From: a virus
Virus record (IMG/VR): IMGVR_UViG_3300045988_106833
Coordinates: 12,326 to 76,325 of that record
Direction: 5' to 3' (one strand)
DNA length: 64,000 bases
A program made the position numbers and the translations under genes. The notes under the pieces were generated by a model. It made no database searches. It saw nothing but the letters and a program-made list of their open reading frames with translations, and was not told where the DNA came from. Shown here piece after piece: positions 46,383 through 56,783 of this stretch (positions are counted from its first letter, which is position 1; every line of letters begins with the position of its first letter).

Positions 46383-47516
46383 TTAATACAATGACTGTTC
46401 TTCTTTTGTCTCTTGTTCTTGTTCCTGATTGTCCGTAACGTCTTCCACAGTATAGAGCTTGGGAGGCGTCGGCGGCTGGTTGGGGTTCACGAACTTCGTC
46501 CCGCCCTCCCCGTACATCCATCCATGTCCCGGCAGGATCTCTGGGTGGATTGTATTAGTAAGCTCTTCCATACTAACTTGCCTTACCTTCAGTATATGAT
46601 GAAACACAAGTCCGGCTGTCCTGAATGATGTTTTGTTTTCAGTTTTAAACCTATCAAGAGTCTGATACCAATCTTTCCCAAATATCATATACTTATCCAG
46701 CCCGTACCTACGAGGATTGTGCAAACCTATCATTAACGTACATAACTGACCCAGCGTATCAGATTGGTAAAAATCAGAAAGACGCGGAGGCTGCTCTTGT
46801 GGGCTTTTTATCCTTCCTTCTATCTCTCTGTTGAATTGGGATATGATGAGGAAAAATATGTTTTTATATACTAATTTAGCTTCGTTCATAACCGCCACCA
46901 AATCATCTATAGCCGACTTAGGATCTAACCCCATTCTTTTTATCAAAGCAATATGATCGACTTTAAATATTATAAGACGTTTGTCTTTGTGTTTGGTAGC
47001 TATATGATACACAGCCGCCTCAAACTCTTTTACCGTACACGGAGCATCGATGTATATTATATTATTCCTGATTTCACCTTGAAGGATTTCAAACATCCTC
47101 ATCTCTTCTACTGTATTAGAATCTTGCCTTCTTAATATTTCAGGAGCTCGCTTTTTCATATCTTGGCTCATTCTACGAAGAAGAAGATCTTGAGGATTCA
47201 TTTCGAACTCGCAATTAACAAGAAAATAATCTTCTGCTTGCGGGTTGATCATCGGATTCATCACATTTTCCAATATCTTTTGGGCCACATACGATTTACC
47301 TACAGATGGCCGGGCTCCTATGGCAATAGCGTGCTGAGGAAAAATACCTCCAAGTAAAGCTTCGTCAATATAATCGTATCCGGTTTTAGCGGGGATAAGC
47401 TCTCCCCGCCTGTATTTCAATATATTCTCATACGCCTCTTCCATAACCTGTTTAGAGGTCTTGAATATCCTTCTTATATCTATCCTATTTGCTATCTCCT
47501 CTTGCATTTTTGTCAC
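46383..47516 (-). CDS. DnaB-like replicative helicase (RecA-fold C-terminal domain only, 377 aa)
   Basis: TGYDYIDEAL.GGI.PQHAIAIGARPSVGKS (Walker A), IIFKVDHIALIKR, and LIISQFNREIEGR correspond to the DnaB H1, H2 and SQLNR motifs. Confidence 0.75.
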   Translation of the reverse strand: MTKMQEEIANRIDIRRIFKTSKQVMEEAYENILKYRRGELIPAKTGYDYIDEALLGGIFPQHAIAIGARPSVGKSYVAQKILENVMNPMINPQAEDYFLVNCEFEMNPQDLLLRRMSQDMKKRAPEILRRQDSNTVEEMRMFEILQGEIRNNIIYIDAPCTVKEFEAAVYHIATKHKDKRLIIFKVDHIALIKRMGLDPKSAIDDLVAVMNEAKLVYKNIFFLIISQFNREIEGRIKSPQEQPPRLSDFYQSDTLGQLCTLMIGLHNPRRYGLDKYMIFGKDWYQTLDRFKTENKTSFRTAGLVFHHILKVRQVSMEELTNTIHPEILPGHGWMYGEGGTKFVNPNQPPTPPKLYTVEDVTDNQEQEQETKEEQSLY

Positions 47517-47763
47517 CTTTCGTATCCGATTTGGATCCCCTATTAGCTTTTACTGATTTATACCTAAGACCGTTCTTGGTATGAGAACAATCCTTGCCTT
47601 TCCTCCAGCCCTTTCCCTTCTTCTTGTCCGTTTCGTAGTTTTTACGACCAAGCTCTCGGCGTTTGGCTTTCTGTTCCGGTCTGGCATTTATCTCCTTGTC
47701 TTTTTTAGCCTTTTTCTTCCTGGCTTCGGGATGAGTCCTGTAGTACTCTGTCGATCTACCCAT
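47485..47763 (-). CDS. highly basic Lys/Arg-rich small protein (92 aa)
   Basis: ORF track. The composition suggests nucleic-acid binding. Confidence 0.4.
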   Translation of the reverse strand: MGRSTEYYRTHPEARKKKAKKDKEINARPEQKAKRRELGRKNYETDKKKGKGWRKGKDCSHTKNGLRYKSVKANRGSKSDTKGDKNARGDSK

Positions 47764-47815
47764 GTGCTTATATTTTTTTTGATTAATAATAGCACAAAGA
47801 TAGGCAATTCGCGCC

Positions 47816-48382
47816 CTATTTCAACCTGCCGTAGCTCATATCAGGATCACACCAGACATACCCGTCTTTCTCATCATGAAGATACTCAGGACATCCTCTA
47901 CATGCACTACTTCCTGACACTATTTGATTGTTCTTATTAGGGCACTTATCTCCAGGCTTATGCCATTCTATTCTCGAACCTGATCGTTCTTTGTTTGCAT
48001 GACAGAACTGAAAGACTTTTCCCATCGTCTTCTCGCCAAACATACCTATATGTGTGTACTCTTCCGGTATAGATAGAAATTCAGATAAATCTTTATACAT
48101 CCTTTTCCGTTCCTCCGGCGTAGACCATAGTCTATCAAGTTCGGCATGGACTCTTATCTTAAGAGACCTCAGTGATGGCCCCGCAAGCCGGCCTTTAGCT
48201 TTTCCCTTATTCGGCCCTGATTCATGAACACCGACATAAGCATTGCATGGTTTGCACATCATAACCATCCCTAAGTCTTTTCTGCTATATATTTTATCGG
48301 CATTGACCAACTCGGTTTCTCTTCCACAATAAGGACAAATTTCGCCTCTTAAAACCCGTTGTTGGCGCTCATTAAGTTCCAT
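47816..48382 (-). CDS. zinc-finger protein (188 aa; CPYCG...CKPCN and CRGCP clusters)
   Basis: ORF track. Confidence 0.5.
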   Translation of the reverse strand: MELNERQQRVLRGEICPYCGRETELVNADKIYSRKDLGMVMMCKPCNAYVGVHESGPNKGKAKGRLAGPSLRSLKIRVHAELDRLWSTPEERKRMYKDLSEFLSIPEEYTHIGMFGEKTMGKVFQFCHANKERSGSRIEWHKPGDKCPNKNNQIVSGSSACRGCPEYLHDEKDGYVWCDPDMSYGRLK

Positions 48383-48624
48383 ACCCTATTCTTTTGTTTT
48401 TCTTTAAACTTTTCATACAAACTGCTCTCAGTTTCCATTTCCGAAATCTCTACCTCTACGTCCTCTCTTTTGAAAATTACTTTCTTGGCTGTCGGATACG
48501 CACATTTAGAGATACGAATAGCATTACGAATAGCGTAAACAAAATACGTTTCTGGTGATGATTCGATCACCACTACCTCATTTAAAGTGTTTTTGTAATT
48601 TTTCATATTATCTACTTGCTTCAA
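48349..48624 (-). CDS. hypothetical protein (91 aa)
   Basis: ORF track. Confidence 0.4.
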   Translation of the reverse strand: MKQVDNMKNYKNTLNEVVVIESSPETYFVYAIRNAIRISKCAYPTAKKVIFKREDVEVEISEMETESSLYEKFKEKQKNRVWNLMSANNGF

Positions 48625-48958
48625 TTATATAACCCGGATGATCTTCACACGCCTCTTTATATTCGATAAGAAACTTAAGAAATGAATCATAAGACCCCCA
48701 TCCATTTTCTGGCTCGTATTTCAAAAGACTTTTTCTCTTGGAGATCATAATACATATACCTTTTGTAAGTACATTCTTCATCTCATTGGTATATATTTCT
48801 CTATACAATTCTTCTGGTCTCCAAACATAATCGTACAGCGTTTCTTTATTTTCTGATACGAATATCCTTTGTGCCATCTTGTTCATGTTGTGGGTAATGT
48901 TTGCAACCCATTCACGATCTTCTTTCTTCTTGTTCTTAATATAAACATCCAGGCTCAT
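48608..48958 (-). CDS. hypothetical protein (116 aa)
   Basis: ORF track. Confidence 0.45.
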   Translation of the reverse strand: MSLDVYIKNKKKEDREWVANITHNMNKMAQRIFVSENKETLYDYVWRPEELYREIYTNEMKNVLTKGICIMISKRKSLLKYEPENGWGSYDSFLKFLIEYKEACEDHPGYIIEASR

Positions 48959-49949
48959 GATATTTTTCTTTTATCTTGTTACTAATTATCAAATCTGCCA
49001 CATCATCTCCGTCTCCTACATTTTCAACATTTTGAAGATAGTCCGATACTTTTATCCTTGACTTCATCATCATCCCATCTATCTTTTTACTCCATGTCTC
49101 AAATGCTTGTCCTTTGTCCGGAAAAGCTACAGTCTTTCTATCTTTTAAAACATCTATCACTTCCGGCCTTAGATTCTGCAACCCACCGGTAGCTACAAAT
49201 AACTCATCTGGTTTATTCACAGCGCATATAATAGCCGTCTTTTCTGATTCCACCAGATTAACCACCTTATCCGGATACTGGCTTAGAAGATGCTCTCCGA
49301 ACAGGCATTGCCTAAACAAGAAGTCTCTTGCATGCAACGAGTGATAAAACATAACATGAGGCCGCTCATTGTCACCGTCTTTTTCCTTCACTCTTTTTAC
49401 ATCAATCTCATTCCCCTGGCTGTCGGTCTTTATATAAAAGTCCATGATCTTGCCGGTTCTACATACAAAATCTTTGTCTATCTGCCAGAATATACAACAC
49501 CCTTTCCATCCCCATAAATCCATTGTTCCGACATGATACCTTCTGAACGCATCAGATACCCTTTCTTTTCCCCATAGAGACGATAAAAATCTAAATACGG
49601 TGTTTCTGTCGTCTGGAACCACAGTCCTCTCAAACTCGCTAAAAGGTATGTAATTTACAACGTCAGGATTTACAGGAGGGCGATAAGCTCTTATACACTT
49701 GTTTCCTGAAATCCAAAGATCTTTGTCACCTACATCCTTACCAGTGGGTCGTTTATCGTAACCGCAAGTCCGTTCATGATCGCATCTTCCGAACTCGTTA
49801 CCAACAACCTGACCTGTTGCCACATCAATATAAGGAGTGAGGCACCGGCTTTTTCCGCAAGCCGGGCAGGTCAGCTTTAGTCGGCTCCTGCCAGGCCTGC
49901 GGTCAAGTTGAAACCGGGGTACGTTTTCGTATCTTCTAAAATCAAGCAT
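48936..49949 (-). CDS. putative DNA primase: N-terminal zinc ribbon plus TOPRIM-like domain (337 aa)
   Basis: CPACGKSRC...CDHERTC zinc-binding motif. VESEKTAIICA and VAFPDKGQ resemble the TOPRIM Glu and DxD motifs. Confidence 0.5.
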   Translation of the reverse strand: MLDFRRYENVPRFQLDRRPGRSRLKLTCPACGKSRCLTPYIDVATGQVVGNEFGRCDHERTCGYDKRPTGKDVGDKDLWISGNKCIRAYRPPVNPDVVNYIPFSEFERTVVPDDRNTVFRFLSSLWGKERVSDAFRRYHVGTMDLWGWKGCCIFWQIDKDFVCRTGKIMDFYIKTDSQGNEIDVKRVKEKDGDNERPHVMFYHSLHARDFLFRQCLFGEHLLSQYPDKVVNLVESEKTAIICAVNKPDELFVATGGLQNLRPEVIDVLKDRKTVAFPDKGQAFETWSKKIDGMMMKSRIKVSDYLQNVENVGDGDDVADLIISNKIKEKYHEPGCLY

Positions 49950-50292
49950 TTTTGACTCCTCTCATTGCTTCTATGATTCTATCTGCTATAGTTATAGACC
50001 ATGACACCACATCTGGTACATATACTCCGCAATCTATTTCACCTTTTCTATTTTGTGCTTTAACAAACTCAATAGAATAAGCCTTAATAAGATCGAATCT
50101 ACGTTGCTCCCAGTCTACATCTTTGTTTTCGTCATTTACAGGAAGGGTATCGAGATAAAAATTTAAACTCTCACTTATCACATTCCCATTATCACCATAG
50201 AACTGTATTCTGTCATGGTCGCTTCTTGTAGTTGAGCTACTGAAAGTGATTACGTCTATTATCTCTCCTGTTCTTCTAATTTTTCTTTTCAT
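49942..50292 (-). CDS. hypothetical protein (116 aa)
   Basis: ORF track, coupled. Confidence 0.45.
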   Translation of the reverse strand: MKRKIRRTGEIIDVITFSSSTTRSDHDRIQFYGDNGNVISESLNFYLDTLPVNDENKDVDWEQRRFDLIKAYSIEFVKAQNRKGEIDCGVYVPDVVSWSITIADRIIEAMRGVKNA

Positions 50293-50522
50293 ACTCTTCT
50301 TGTATTTCTGACCAATATAGGCATTATTGTTTCGATGGTCTTGCCATATTTCTTATGAGATGCAAGTACACATATTGCATATTTATCTCCTATTTTCAAA
50401 TCTTTCGATAATCTTAATCTTGAACCCCTTTTGATGTTAATAAAATAATCACCAAAAGGATTGATACATATCGGTTTTACGATTTCTATATAATCTCCTT
50501 CAGGAATAACAATATCGTTCAT
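50289..50522 (-). CDS. hypothetical protein (77 aa)
   Basis: ATGA-coupled on both sides. Confidence 0.45.
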   Translation of the reverse strand: MNDIVIPEGDYIEIVKPICINPFGDYFINIKRGSRLRLSKDLKIGDKYAICVLASHKKYGKTIETIMPILVRNTRRV

Positions 50523-51835
50523 ATTATGAATCTTTTAGACATTTCCTCTGCAATATCATACACGACCGTATGATCCTCTTCATTGTACGGCTTATTGATA
50601 TTCAGCACTCCTTTTCTCACTTTGAACTTCTTATCTTTTCTAAGGTGATTCAACATACCTTGTTGGAACACGCAGTCCGCCTTTTCAAGTGCTATACTGT
50701 CTTCTGTCCATTCTTTCAGCGTATATCCTTTGCTGCTCGTGCTTTTTGGAGAAAAGTTCATAATACGTGCATCAATCCCATACCATGCTTTAACCATTCT
50801 TCTTTCAGCTTCTAATTGAAATGCGTATGATTCCCATATTCCCCCTGATTTAAAGTCGAGAATAACCACTTCTTCCTTCTCCACTTCTCTTACCTCCTTC
50901 TTCGGATCACCTTTTTTAAACTGCCCTGTAGCCCTTTGATACACGGCTCCAAAATAACCTTCTTCTTTGTACTTGAATGTCATTTTAACCATCGCATCTA
51001 TCGGCGTAGCTACCAAATAGTCTTCTAATGACAATATTCTTTCAATCATCATCGGCTTAACCTTATACTCCGAACAAAACTTAGCAAACTTCATAACTCT
51101 GACAATCATATCGTCAAGATCATCTATGCTACCAAAGAATTTGTCAAGATTCTTTTTCGATATCTTCAGCTTGCCTTCTTGCACTGTCTTAACTATAAAA
51201 CTTCGATTTAAGACCATATCTCTACCTGTTAGGTACAATCCGTATAAGTAGTGCATGATCGTTCCCTTATCAGCTTCATACTGCGCCACCTCTTCCGGAT
51301 TGCGACCAAGCATCTTTATCTCTTGCTTCCATTCCTGAAGTGCGGTCTTATCATCTACATACCCATCTTTGATTAAGGTTGTTACTGAAGCATATATCTT
51401 GGCCGTTCCATCATCCATCTTCCTTACATAAAAACGATTATCGTCTAATGTCAATCTTACGAATTTGGGAGTCTCAATCTTCTTCAACTCATCGCAGATA
51501 TAAAACGGCTCTAACGTTTCTTGATTTTCTGTAAACGGATTCGAATCTTCCTCTCCAGGGTTAGGATCTGCTTCCTCTACCGGAGCTTCCGGTTCTTCTC
51601 CCTGGGCCTGCTCTGGCTCAGGCGCCGGCTCTTCAACTACTGGAACCTGTCCGCCTCTTTCTGCTATGTCTCTGTTCTTTATTAAAGACATAACCTCCTT
51701 CTTCAACTGCTCTGGTGTTTGATTAGGATTTGACACCGACATCACAACATCGTTCATTCTAAACAACGTATTTCCTTCTCCTTCCACCATAGGCGCAAAC
51801 CCTAAATCTGTCAATATTTTTATTTTCTCTTTCAT
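50519..51835 (-). CDS. hypothetical protein (438 aa): N-terminal domain, acidic Pro/Glu linker, C-terminal domain with possible PD-(D/E)XK-like motifs
   Basis: ORF track. ILDFKSGG and QLEAE are only weakly suggestive of a nuclease fold. Confidence 0.55.
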   Translation of the reverse strand: MKEKIKILTDLGFAPMVEGEGNTLFRMNDVVMSVSNPNQTPEQLKKEVMSLIKNRDIAERGGQVPVVEEPAPEPEQAQGEEPEAPVEEADPNPGEEDSNPFTENQETLEPFYICDELKKIETPKFVRLTLDDNRFYVRKMDDGTAKIYASVTTLIKDGYVDDKTALQEWKQEIKMLGRNPEEVAQYEADKGTIMHYLYGLYLTGRDMVLNRSFIVKTVQEGKLKISKKNLDKFFGSIDDLDDMIVRVMKFAKFCSEYKVKPMMIERILSLEDYLVATPIDAMVKMTFKYKEEGYFGAVYQRATGQFKKGDPKKEVREVEKEEVVILDFKSGGIWESYAFQLEAERRMVKAWYGIDARIMNFSPKSTSSKGYTLKEWTEDSIALEKADCVFQQGMLNHLRKDKKFKVRKGVLNINKPYNEEDHTVVYDIAEEMSKRFII

Positions 51836-52017
51836 GATCTTCCTCTAATCAATTCTTCTTTAATACAATGTAACACTGTTTCCACTTCATCTTTATCTCT
51901 ATCTTTCACTGCGATAGCTATATCCTTACCATAACTCTCTCTCTGTATGTGAGCATAAAAGATAGTTTCATTGTCAGCTTCTATTCTTATTTTATAAAGT
52001 TTTCTCATATCTGTCAA
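51832..52017 (-). CDS. hypothetical protein (61 aa)
   Basis: ATGA-coupled. Confidence 0.35.
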   Translation of the reverse strand: MTDMRKLYKIRIEADNETIFYAHIQRESYGKDIAIAVKDRDKDEVETVLHCIKEELIRGRS

Positions 52018-52516
52018 TTATTTCAATAATTAATCTACCTCTTTCTTTAATCATTCCCCTGCTTTCCATATCCAGTACCTTCTTTACCGCATACTTCCAC
52101 ACAAAAGGAAATTCTGTTTCAAGTTTATCAAATTCCATCCGGTCAAGATACATGTCGAATACCGTATGCTCCGATTCATGTAGGAAAACTATATTATCTC
52201 TGCAAGTAGCAACCGACTTATATATCCTTTTCGGAAGTATGTGACAGATGTTACATACTGTAGGAAAATGAATAGCCTTACCGGTCATAGACATTCGAAT
52301 AGTACTCAACTCCTCCAACATAAGACGAAAAAACCCGGATAAATCCGGGTTCTCTAACTTTTTCTTCTTGCTGCTGTTTTTAATGGATGTAATTCTGTTT
52401 TTTTTCTTCGGAGTCAACTCTTTGCTCCTGCAAGCCTGGCATAAGCCATGACTTCTTATCATCACTTTTCGTCCACATCGTTCGCAGACGTATAGCTTCT
52501 TTTCCTTGCTTTCCAT
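51992..52516 (-). CDS. zinc-ribbon protein (174 aa; CERCG...CQAC)
   Basis: ORF track. Confidence 0.5.
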   Translation of the reverse strand: MESKEKKLYVCERCGRKVMIRSHGLCQACRSKELTPKKKNRITSIKNSSKKKKLENPDLSGFFRLMLEELSTIRMSMTGKAIHFPTVCNICHILPKRIYKSVATCRDNIVFLHESEHTVFDMYLDRMEFDKLETEFPFVWKYAVKKVLDMESRGMIKERGRLIIEIIDRYEKTL

Positions 52517-52701
52517 TCGAATAATAATGATATTATTGAAAAGAACAATCCCGCTGAAGCCAGTAGATAAGGTACGTTCATTAATAATTTAGATACCTCG
52601 TCTGTCTTAATCACTATCAGAAGGAAAGCGCCTGCTGAAAGCAATGATATTATCGCCACAACAAGCGCTATGTTGGAAACTACATCAGCCTTACTCTTCA
52701 C
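52462..52701 (-). CDS. small membrane protein with two TM helices (79 aa; holin-like topology)
   Basis: Two hydrophobic segments and a charged C-terminus. Confidence 0.4.
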   Translation of the reverse strand: MKSKADVVSNIALVVAIISLLSAGAFLLIVIKTDEVSKLLMNVPYLLASAGLFFSIISLLFEWKARKRSYTSANDVDEK

Positions 52702-53161
52702 TCTTCTTCTCGCCTAATTTTTCAGCTCCCTTCTGAAGATCGTATTTGAATACGTCAATGATCTTCGTTTCAGCAATAGCTTCGCAATTCCAGTCTCCTA
52801 ACGTGCCCTGCATACCTTTAGTTAACACAGCCTCAGCGTCTTTCGGATTGCCGGCCTGGACATACATATAGCATGGCGTTTTCTTTTCTTTACCTTTCTT
52901 TTCATCCAGTGTAATGTAATTTACCTTACACTTATACCAGTACTCAGCTTCTCCGTTGAAGAAGATTTCCGACACTTTAATAGGATTTATTTTAACAATG
53001 TCGAACACTTGAAATAAATCCTTGAAAATCTCTAAAGATCTTGATTCTGCCTCTGTATAAGATAAGGCATCTACCAAATACTTTTCAGTTACTTTCTTTT
53101 TTTTGCCGTTCTCGATATTATCAATCTCGGCTTTTACCGTAATTTCAAACCAGCGATTCAT
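52691..53161 (-). CDS. hypothetical protein (156 aa)
   Basis: ORF track. Confidence 0.5.
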   Translation of the reverse strand: MNRWFEITVKAEIDNIENGKKKKVTEKYLVDALSYTEAESRSLEIFKDLFQVFDIVKINPIKVSEIFFNGEAEYWYKCKVNYITLDEKKGKEKKTPCYMYVQAGNPKDAEAVLTKGMQGTLGDWNCEAIAETKIIDVFKYDLQKGAEKLGEKKSEE

Positions 53162-53260
53162 TGTATTAATATTTAATTAGTTGATTTCTTTCCTTTCTCT
53201 ATACTATTTTTAAATCTTTCAGAACACCACTGCAAAACGTCCATCATCATCATTTCATTA

Positions 53261-54139
53261 TTAGATAAGATGCCTTTTATAACTAACGCCAGAAGAGTGA
53301 CTAAGATCGGAAACTTTCTTTCCCCACAAACGTTTCATCCCTTCAATGTTTAGATCTTCAATAAAAATATAATCATATTGTTTACACAAATCATGAGCTA
53401 ATTTCCATTGAAAGTCTGATCGAAGATCGTTTATTTTACGATACTTTTGTTGGAGTTCAAACAGTCTCCTTCTTCTATTGTTAGATCCTTTCTTTGCATT
53501 AGAAAGCCGTTTGTTTAGTTTTCTAATCTTGTTTTGATATTGTTTGAAGAATAGAGGAGATCCAATTTTGCTACCATCGCTTTTAGTTAGATAAGTTTTC
53601 AGACCAAAATCCAATCCTATAGATGCACCATCATGTGTCTTTCTATAAGAGTTTGAATGATTATGATCTGTAATTATAATCAAACTAAAACGTGAACAGG
53701 TTTCTCTAACTATTCTTATTTGCTTAACATTACCTTCATAAGGTCTACTGTATGAGAATCTAAATCGTTTGTTTCCTTTGTTAATTGTTAAACAATTACC
53801 ATTCAGGGTAAAACCACCTTGTTTGAATACAAAAGAATTGAATTTCTCCGGTGATTTAAACTTAGGAGGTCGTTTAGCCAACTTCTTAAAGAAACGATTA
53901 TAAGATTCATCAAGACGCTCAAGTATTTCTTGTGTTGTTTGAGAATGAAGAAGATTTCTTTTAATTCTTTTGGTAAAATGTTTCTTCATCTTACCAATTG
54001 ATATATATTTCCCAAACAGTTTGTAATACCTACGTTGTAGAGCTAAAGCATGATTCCATACAAAACAACATTCACGAAGCATCTTGTCTAGATACTTCGT
54101 TTTCTTTGAATGATAGATGTTGTATTTGTATGAAATCAT
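53261..54139 (-). pseudogene. tnpB: C-terminally truncated IS200/IS605-family TnpB (OrfB) homolog (292 aa)
   Basis: RuvC-I (IGLDFGLKTY) and RuvC-II (IFIEDLNIEGM) are present, plus the Arg-rich linker. The ORF stops after WGKKVSDLSHS. The 100 nt before the next gene contain no RuvC-III or zinc-finger segment in any frame (checked by hand). No TnpA is adjacent. Confidence 0.7.
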
Positions 54140-54234
54140 TTTTTTATCTGTAATTTTGATTCAAAATTAATCAACCCAATTCATCCACCTTCTAAAGTAT
54201 GGTGATTTTGTTGGTTAAATAATCATAAAATAGC

Positions 54235-54549
54235 TCATTGTGATAAGTGATTTTGTTTTATGTTAGGTAAGTAATTTGTAATAACATCAAGTGATATCCA
54301 TAACTCTGGCTCTATGCTGTTTTTTATTCTATCACTGAAAAGAGAATTATCATCACAATCACAATGAGAGATTGTGATATAACAATCTTGATAATCCCAC
54401 CAATGGGCTGATTTAAAATCGTCCCCTCCATTCCAAAACCCTATTCTTATACCTCTTGGGTTGAAATCTTCATCTATCCAACTTGGATGGTAAGCCAACA
54501 CTTCTTCTCCCTCTGGAGGTTTTTCCTCTTTAAATTTCTTCCAGTTCAT
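54235..54549 (-). CDS. hypothetical protein (104 aa), possibly DUF551-like
   Basis: The N-terminal W..F..E.PPEGEEVL pattern is seen in phage DUF551 proteins. Recalled only weakly. Confidence 0.4.
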   Translation of the reverse strand: MNWKKFKEEKPPEGEEVLAYHPSWIDEDFNPRGIRIGFWNGGDDFKSAHWWDYQDCYITISHCDCDDNSLFSDRIKNSIEPELWISLDVITNYLPNIKQNHLSQ

Positions 54550-54622
54550 TTTTTCTTTAATTAATTAAGTACAAATATAAAAGTTTAACATGCTACCACG
54601 CCTAAATTTTGTTAAATTATAT

Positions 54623-54967
54623 TTATTTATCCCCAATCTTTTTAATCTTTGTTGGTCTTGACAATCGATAATCCTTTTCTATCGGTCTACCGAATACGTT
54701 ATTCCTATATCCTTTATATCCTTTCTCGTAAACGCTAACCCTTGCGCAGAACTCAACCACATCTCCCGGTAATAAATCAGCGTTTTTGAATCCTTTTGTC
54801 AAATCAAACCACAAATGGTCTGTTACTACTTTACCATCGAGTAACACGTCTTGTAAAAGTATTGTCTTTACAGGCCCTTTATACCCATCCCTGAATCCAA
54901 AACGAATGAATGTCGCTGTAAATACGTGCCGATCTCTTGATCCTATTATTTTCAGTTCTTTTCTCAT
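54623..54967 (-). CDS. hypothetical protein (114 aa)
   Basis: ORF track. Confidence 0.45.
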   Translation of the reverse strand: MRKELKIIGSRDRHVFTATFIRFGFRDGYKGPVKTILLQDVLLDGKVVTDHLWFDLTKGFKNADLLPGDVVEFCARVSVYEKGYKGYRNNVFGRPIEKDYRLSRPTKIKKIGDK

Positions 54968-54973
54968 TCTCTT

Positions 54974-55780
54974 TCATTTATTTGTTTCACTTATGAAATT
55001 GACAACATCCTTTAGATATCCTTCTGTCATCTCTATGAAATTCACACAATCCAATTTGCTTAATTTGTAAATCAATGCCGGATTGTGTACTATGGCTATA
55101 ATTTGTGTTTGTGGTTTATGGAATGATAATACATTATAAATTTGCATTATGTTGTCAATGTCAAGATTCCTGTCCGGCTCATCCATGAGAACCGTGTATT
55201 CAAAACTGCTTTTTGTTAATGTTATACGGTTTCTTTTGTAATACTTCAACAGATTATCAATTCTTTTAATCCAAAACGTATTTGTTTTTTTCTTGTATTC
55301 TACAAGATCTTGTATTGGAAATGTATAATCCTTTTGGCCGAACATTAAATTAAAAAGTGATTCCAATGATAACACCACTTTCTCTCCATAAGATCTTCGA
55401 ATATTATTCACATACAAATCGAAATTGCTGATGTTTTTCAATACGTCATTTCGATTCGTTTCCGTTGATGGCAATAAACGGAATACTTTCCCTTCATAAT
55501 CAGATGATATGTCAATCCCATCAAGAACCTTGTCATTATCATCAAATATGGGTGGAAAGTCCAGCGCTTCGATCGGCATTTCAGAGCACATGGATTTCTC
55601 GCATAACGCATACATTGATATGATGTTAAGCAAGGTTGATTTTCCACTACCGTTTTTACCTATAATTACATTCACTCCTGGCTTGAAAATAAATTCTCTG
55701 CCATTTTCAAATGCTTCTATATTAGAAACGTATTCAAATGGAGTTTTTGTATTGTCTTTTATTTTTACCGATGTTATCAT
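54974..55780 (-). CDS. minimal ABC-type ATPase of the SMC/RecF/Rad50-like kind (268 aa)
   Basis: Walker A NVIIGKNGSGKSTLL, signature-like RSYGEKVVLSL, Walker B TVLMDEPDRNLD, and H-loop AIVHNP. No coiled-coil insertion. Confidence 0.7.
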   Translation of the reverse strand: MITSVKIKDNTKTPFEYVSNIEAFENGREFIFKPGVNVIIGKNGSGKSTLLNIISMYALCEKSMCSEMPIEALDFPPIFDDNDKVLDGIDISSDYEGKVFRLLPSTETNRNDVLKNISNFDLYVNNIRRSYGEKVVLSLESLFNLMFGQKDYTFPIQDLVEYKKKTNTFWIKRIDNLLKYYKRNRITLTKSSFEYTVLMDEPDRNLDIDNIMQIYNVLSFHKPQTQIIAIVHNPALIYKLSKLDCVNFIEMTEGYLKDVVNFISETNK

Positions 55781-55792
55781 ATGTAATCCTTT

Positions 55793-56629
55793 TTAAAAAT
55801 CAATTACCGCCCGAACCCTGTAACTATTGTACTCGATGTTGCTGTGCGTGCCGCCAATGGAGAAGCTCACGAACCATGCGCTGACCTTGCTGTACTCGGT
55901 ACTGGACCAATACCGCGCCGAGGAGAGGGGAGATGCCGAAACATAAGCGAATGCTTTGTTTAGTTCGTCCATATAATGGTTCATTAAATTTAATTGACCA
56001 AGAGATGGTATATACTCGTCATCTTCCAGCAGATTTCTCAATTTTGGATTTCTGGCTACAAGTCGTTCCGTGTTGCCGCGTCCATCAATATCAAACAGCG
56101 CATCACATTCACGTTCGTAATATGTCTCACTTCCGGATTCTTTACGGCTATCATTGTCAAGCAACCGTACACTATCATGCTCCGTCAGCGAGATAGCAAA
56201 CGATACGTCTTTGTGTTTTAATCCGATATAACGCACATTCTTTTTGAAATTCTCTCCAGTAAACGGCTCAGCGTGTCCGTTTCCGTAGATTAGATACAAA
56301 CCATCTTTTCTTGATGGTACTCTATTTTCACATACGCATCTTTCATTTTTTGGTCTTACAATTATGTTCAACTCATTCAACACATGATCTTTTATGACTT
56401 CCTTGCTTATTCTTTCTACAAAACCATAATTCCTTTGTTTAAGCTCATCATTTACCATACATCTGATCCAATTTTCTATCTGATTGTTTCCTCCGTATGT
56501 ATTATGCATGCACCTTTTTACAAGCTTTTCCAATAATGATTCTATGTTTTTGATTATATCTTCTTTGGTAAGGTGAAGTTCATTTAGTATGCAGTTTCTT
56601 ACCGCCTTGTATTCTTTACTTGTGCTCAT
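55793..56629 (-). CDS. hypothetical protein (278 aa), partner of the ABC ATPase
   Basis: 12-nt gap to the ATPase gene. No recognisable domain by eye. Confidence 0.55.
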   Translation of the reverse strand: MSTSKEYKAVRNCILNELHLTKEDIIKNIESLLEKLVKRCMHNTYGGNNQIENWIRCMVNDELKQRNYGFVERISKEVIKDHVLNELNIIVRPKNERCVCENRVPSRKDGLYLIYGNGHAEPFTGENFKKNVRYIGLKHKDVSFAISLTEHDSVRLLDNDSRKESGSETYYERECDALFDIDGRGNTERLVARNPKLRNLLEDDEYIPSLGQLNLMNHYMDELNKAFAYVSASPLSSARYWSSTEYSKVSAWFVSFSIGGTHSNIEYNSYRVRAVIDF

Positions 56630-56783
56630 AATATATCCACTTAATACTGTAAATTATATTTTTTCTCTCTCCCACTGTCTTCCCCTATAGGATTATTCCA
56701 TCCATATTTTACAGCCGTAGCTTTAAATAGAGGAAGTCCATAAAATCTATAATCATTCTCAAGATGATCATATACTGTTGATT

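Noticed and set aside
46383-46521. The first 51 codons of the track ORF 45766..46521 (MDVRGGRDEVREPQPAAD...).
   Set aside because: They overlap the 3' end of the DnaB-like gene in another frame and have atypical composition. The start was moved to the ATG at 46368.
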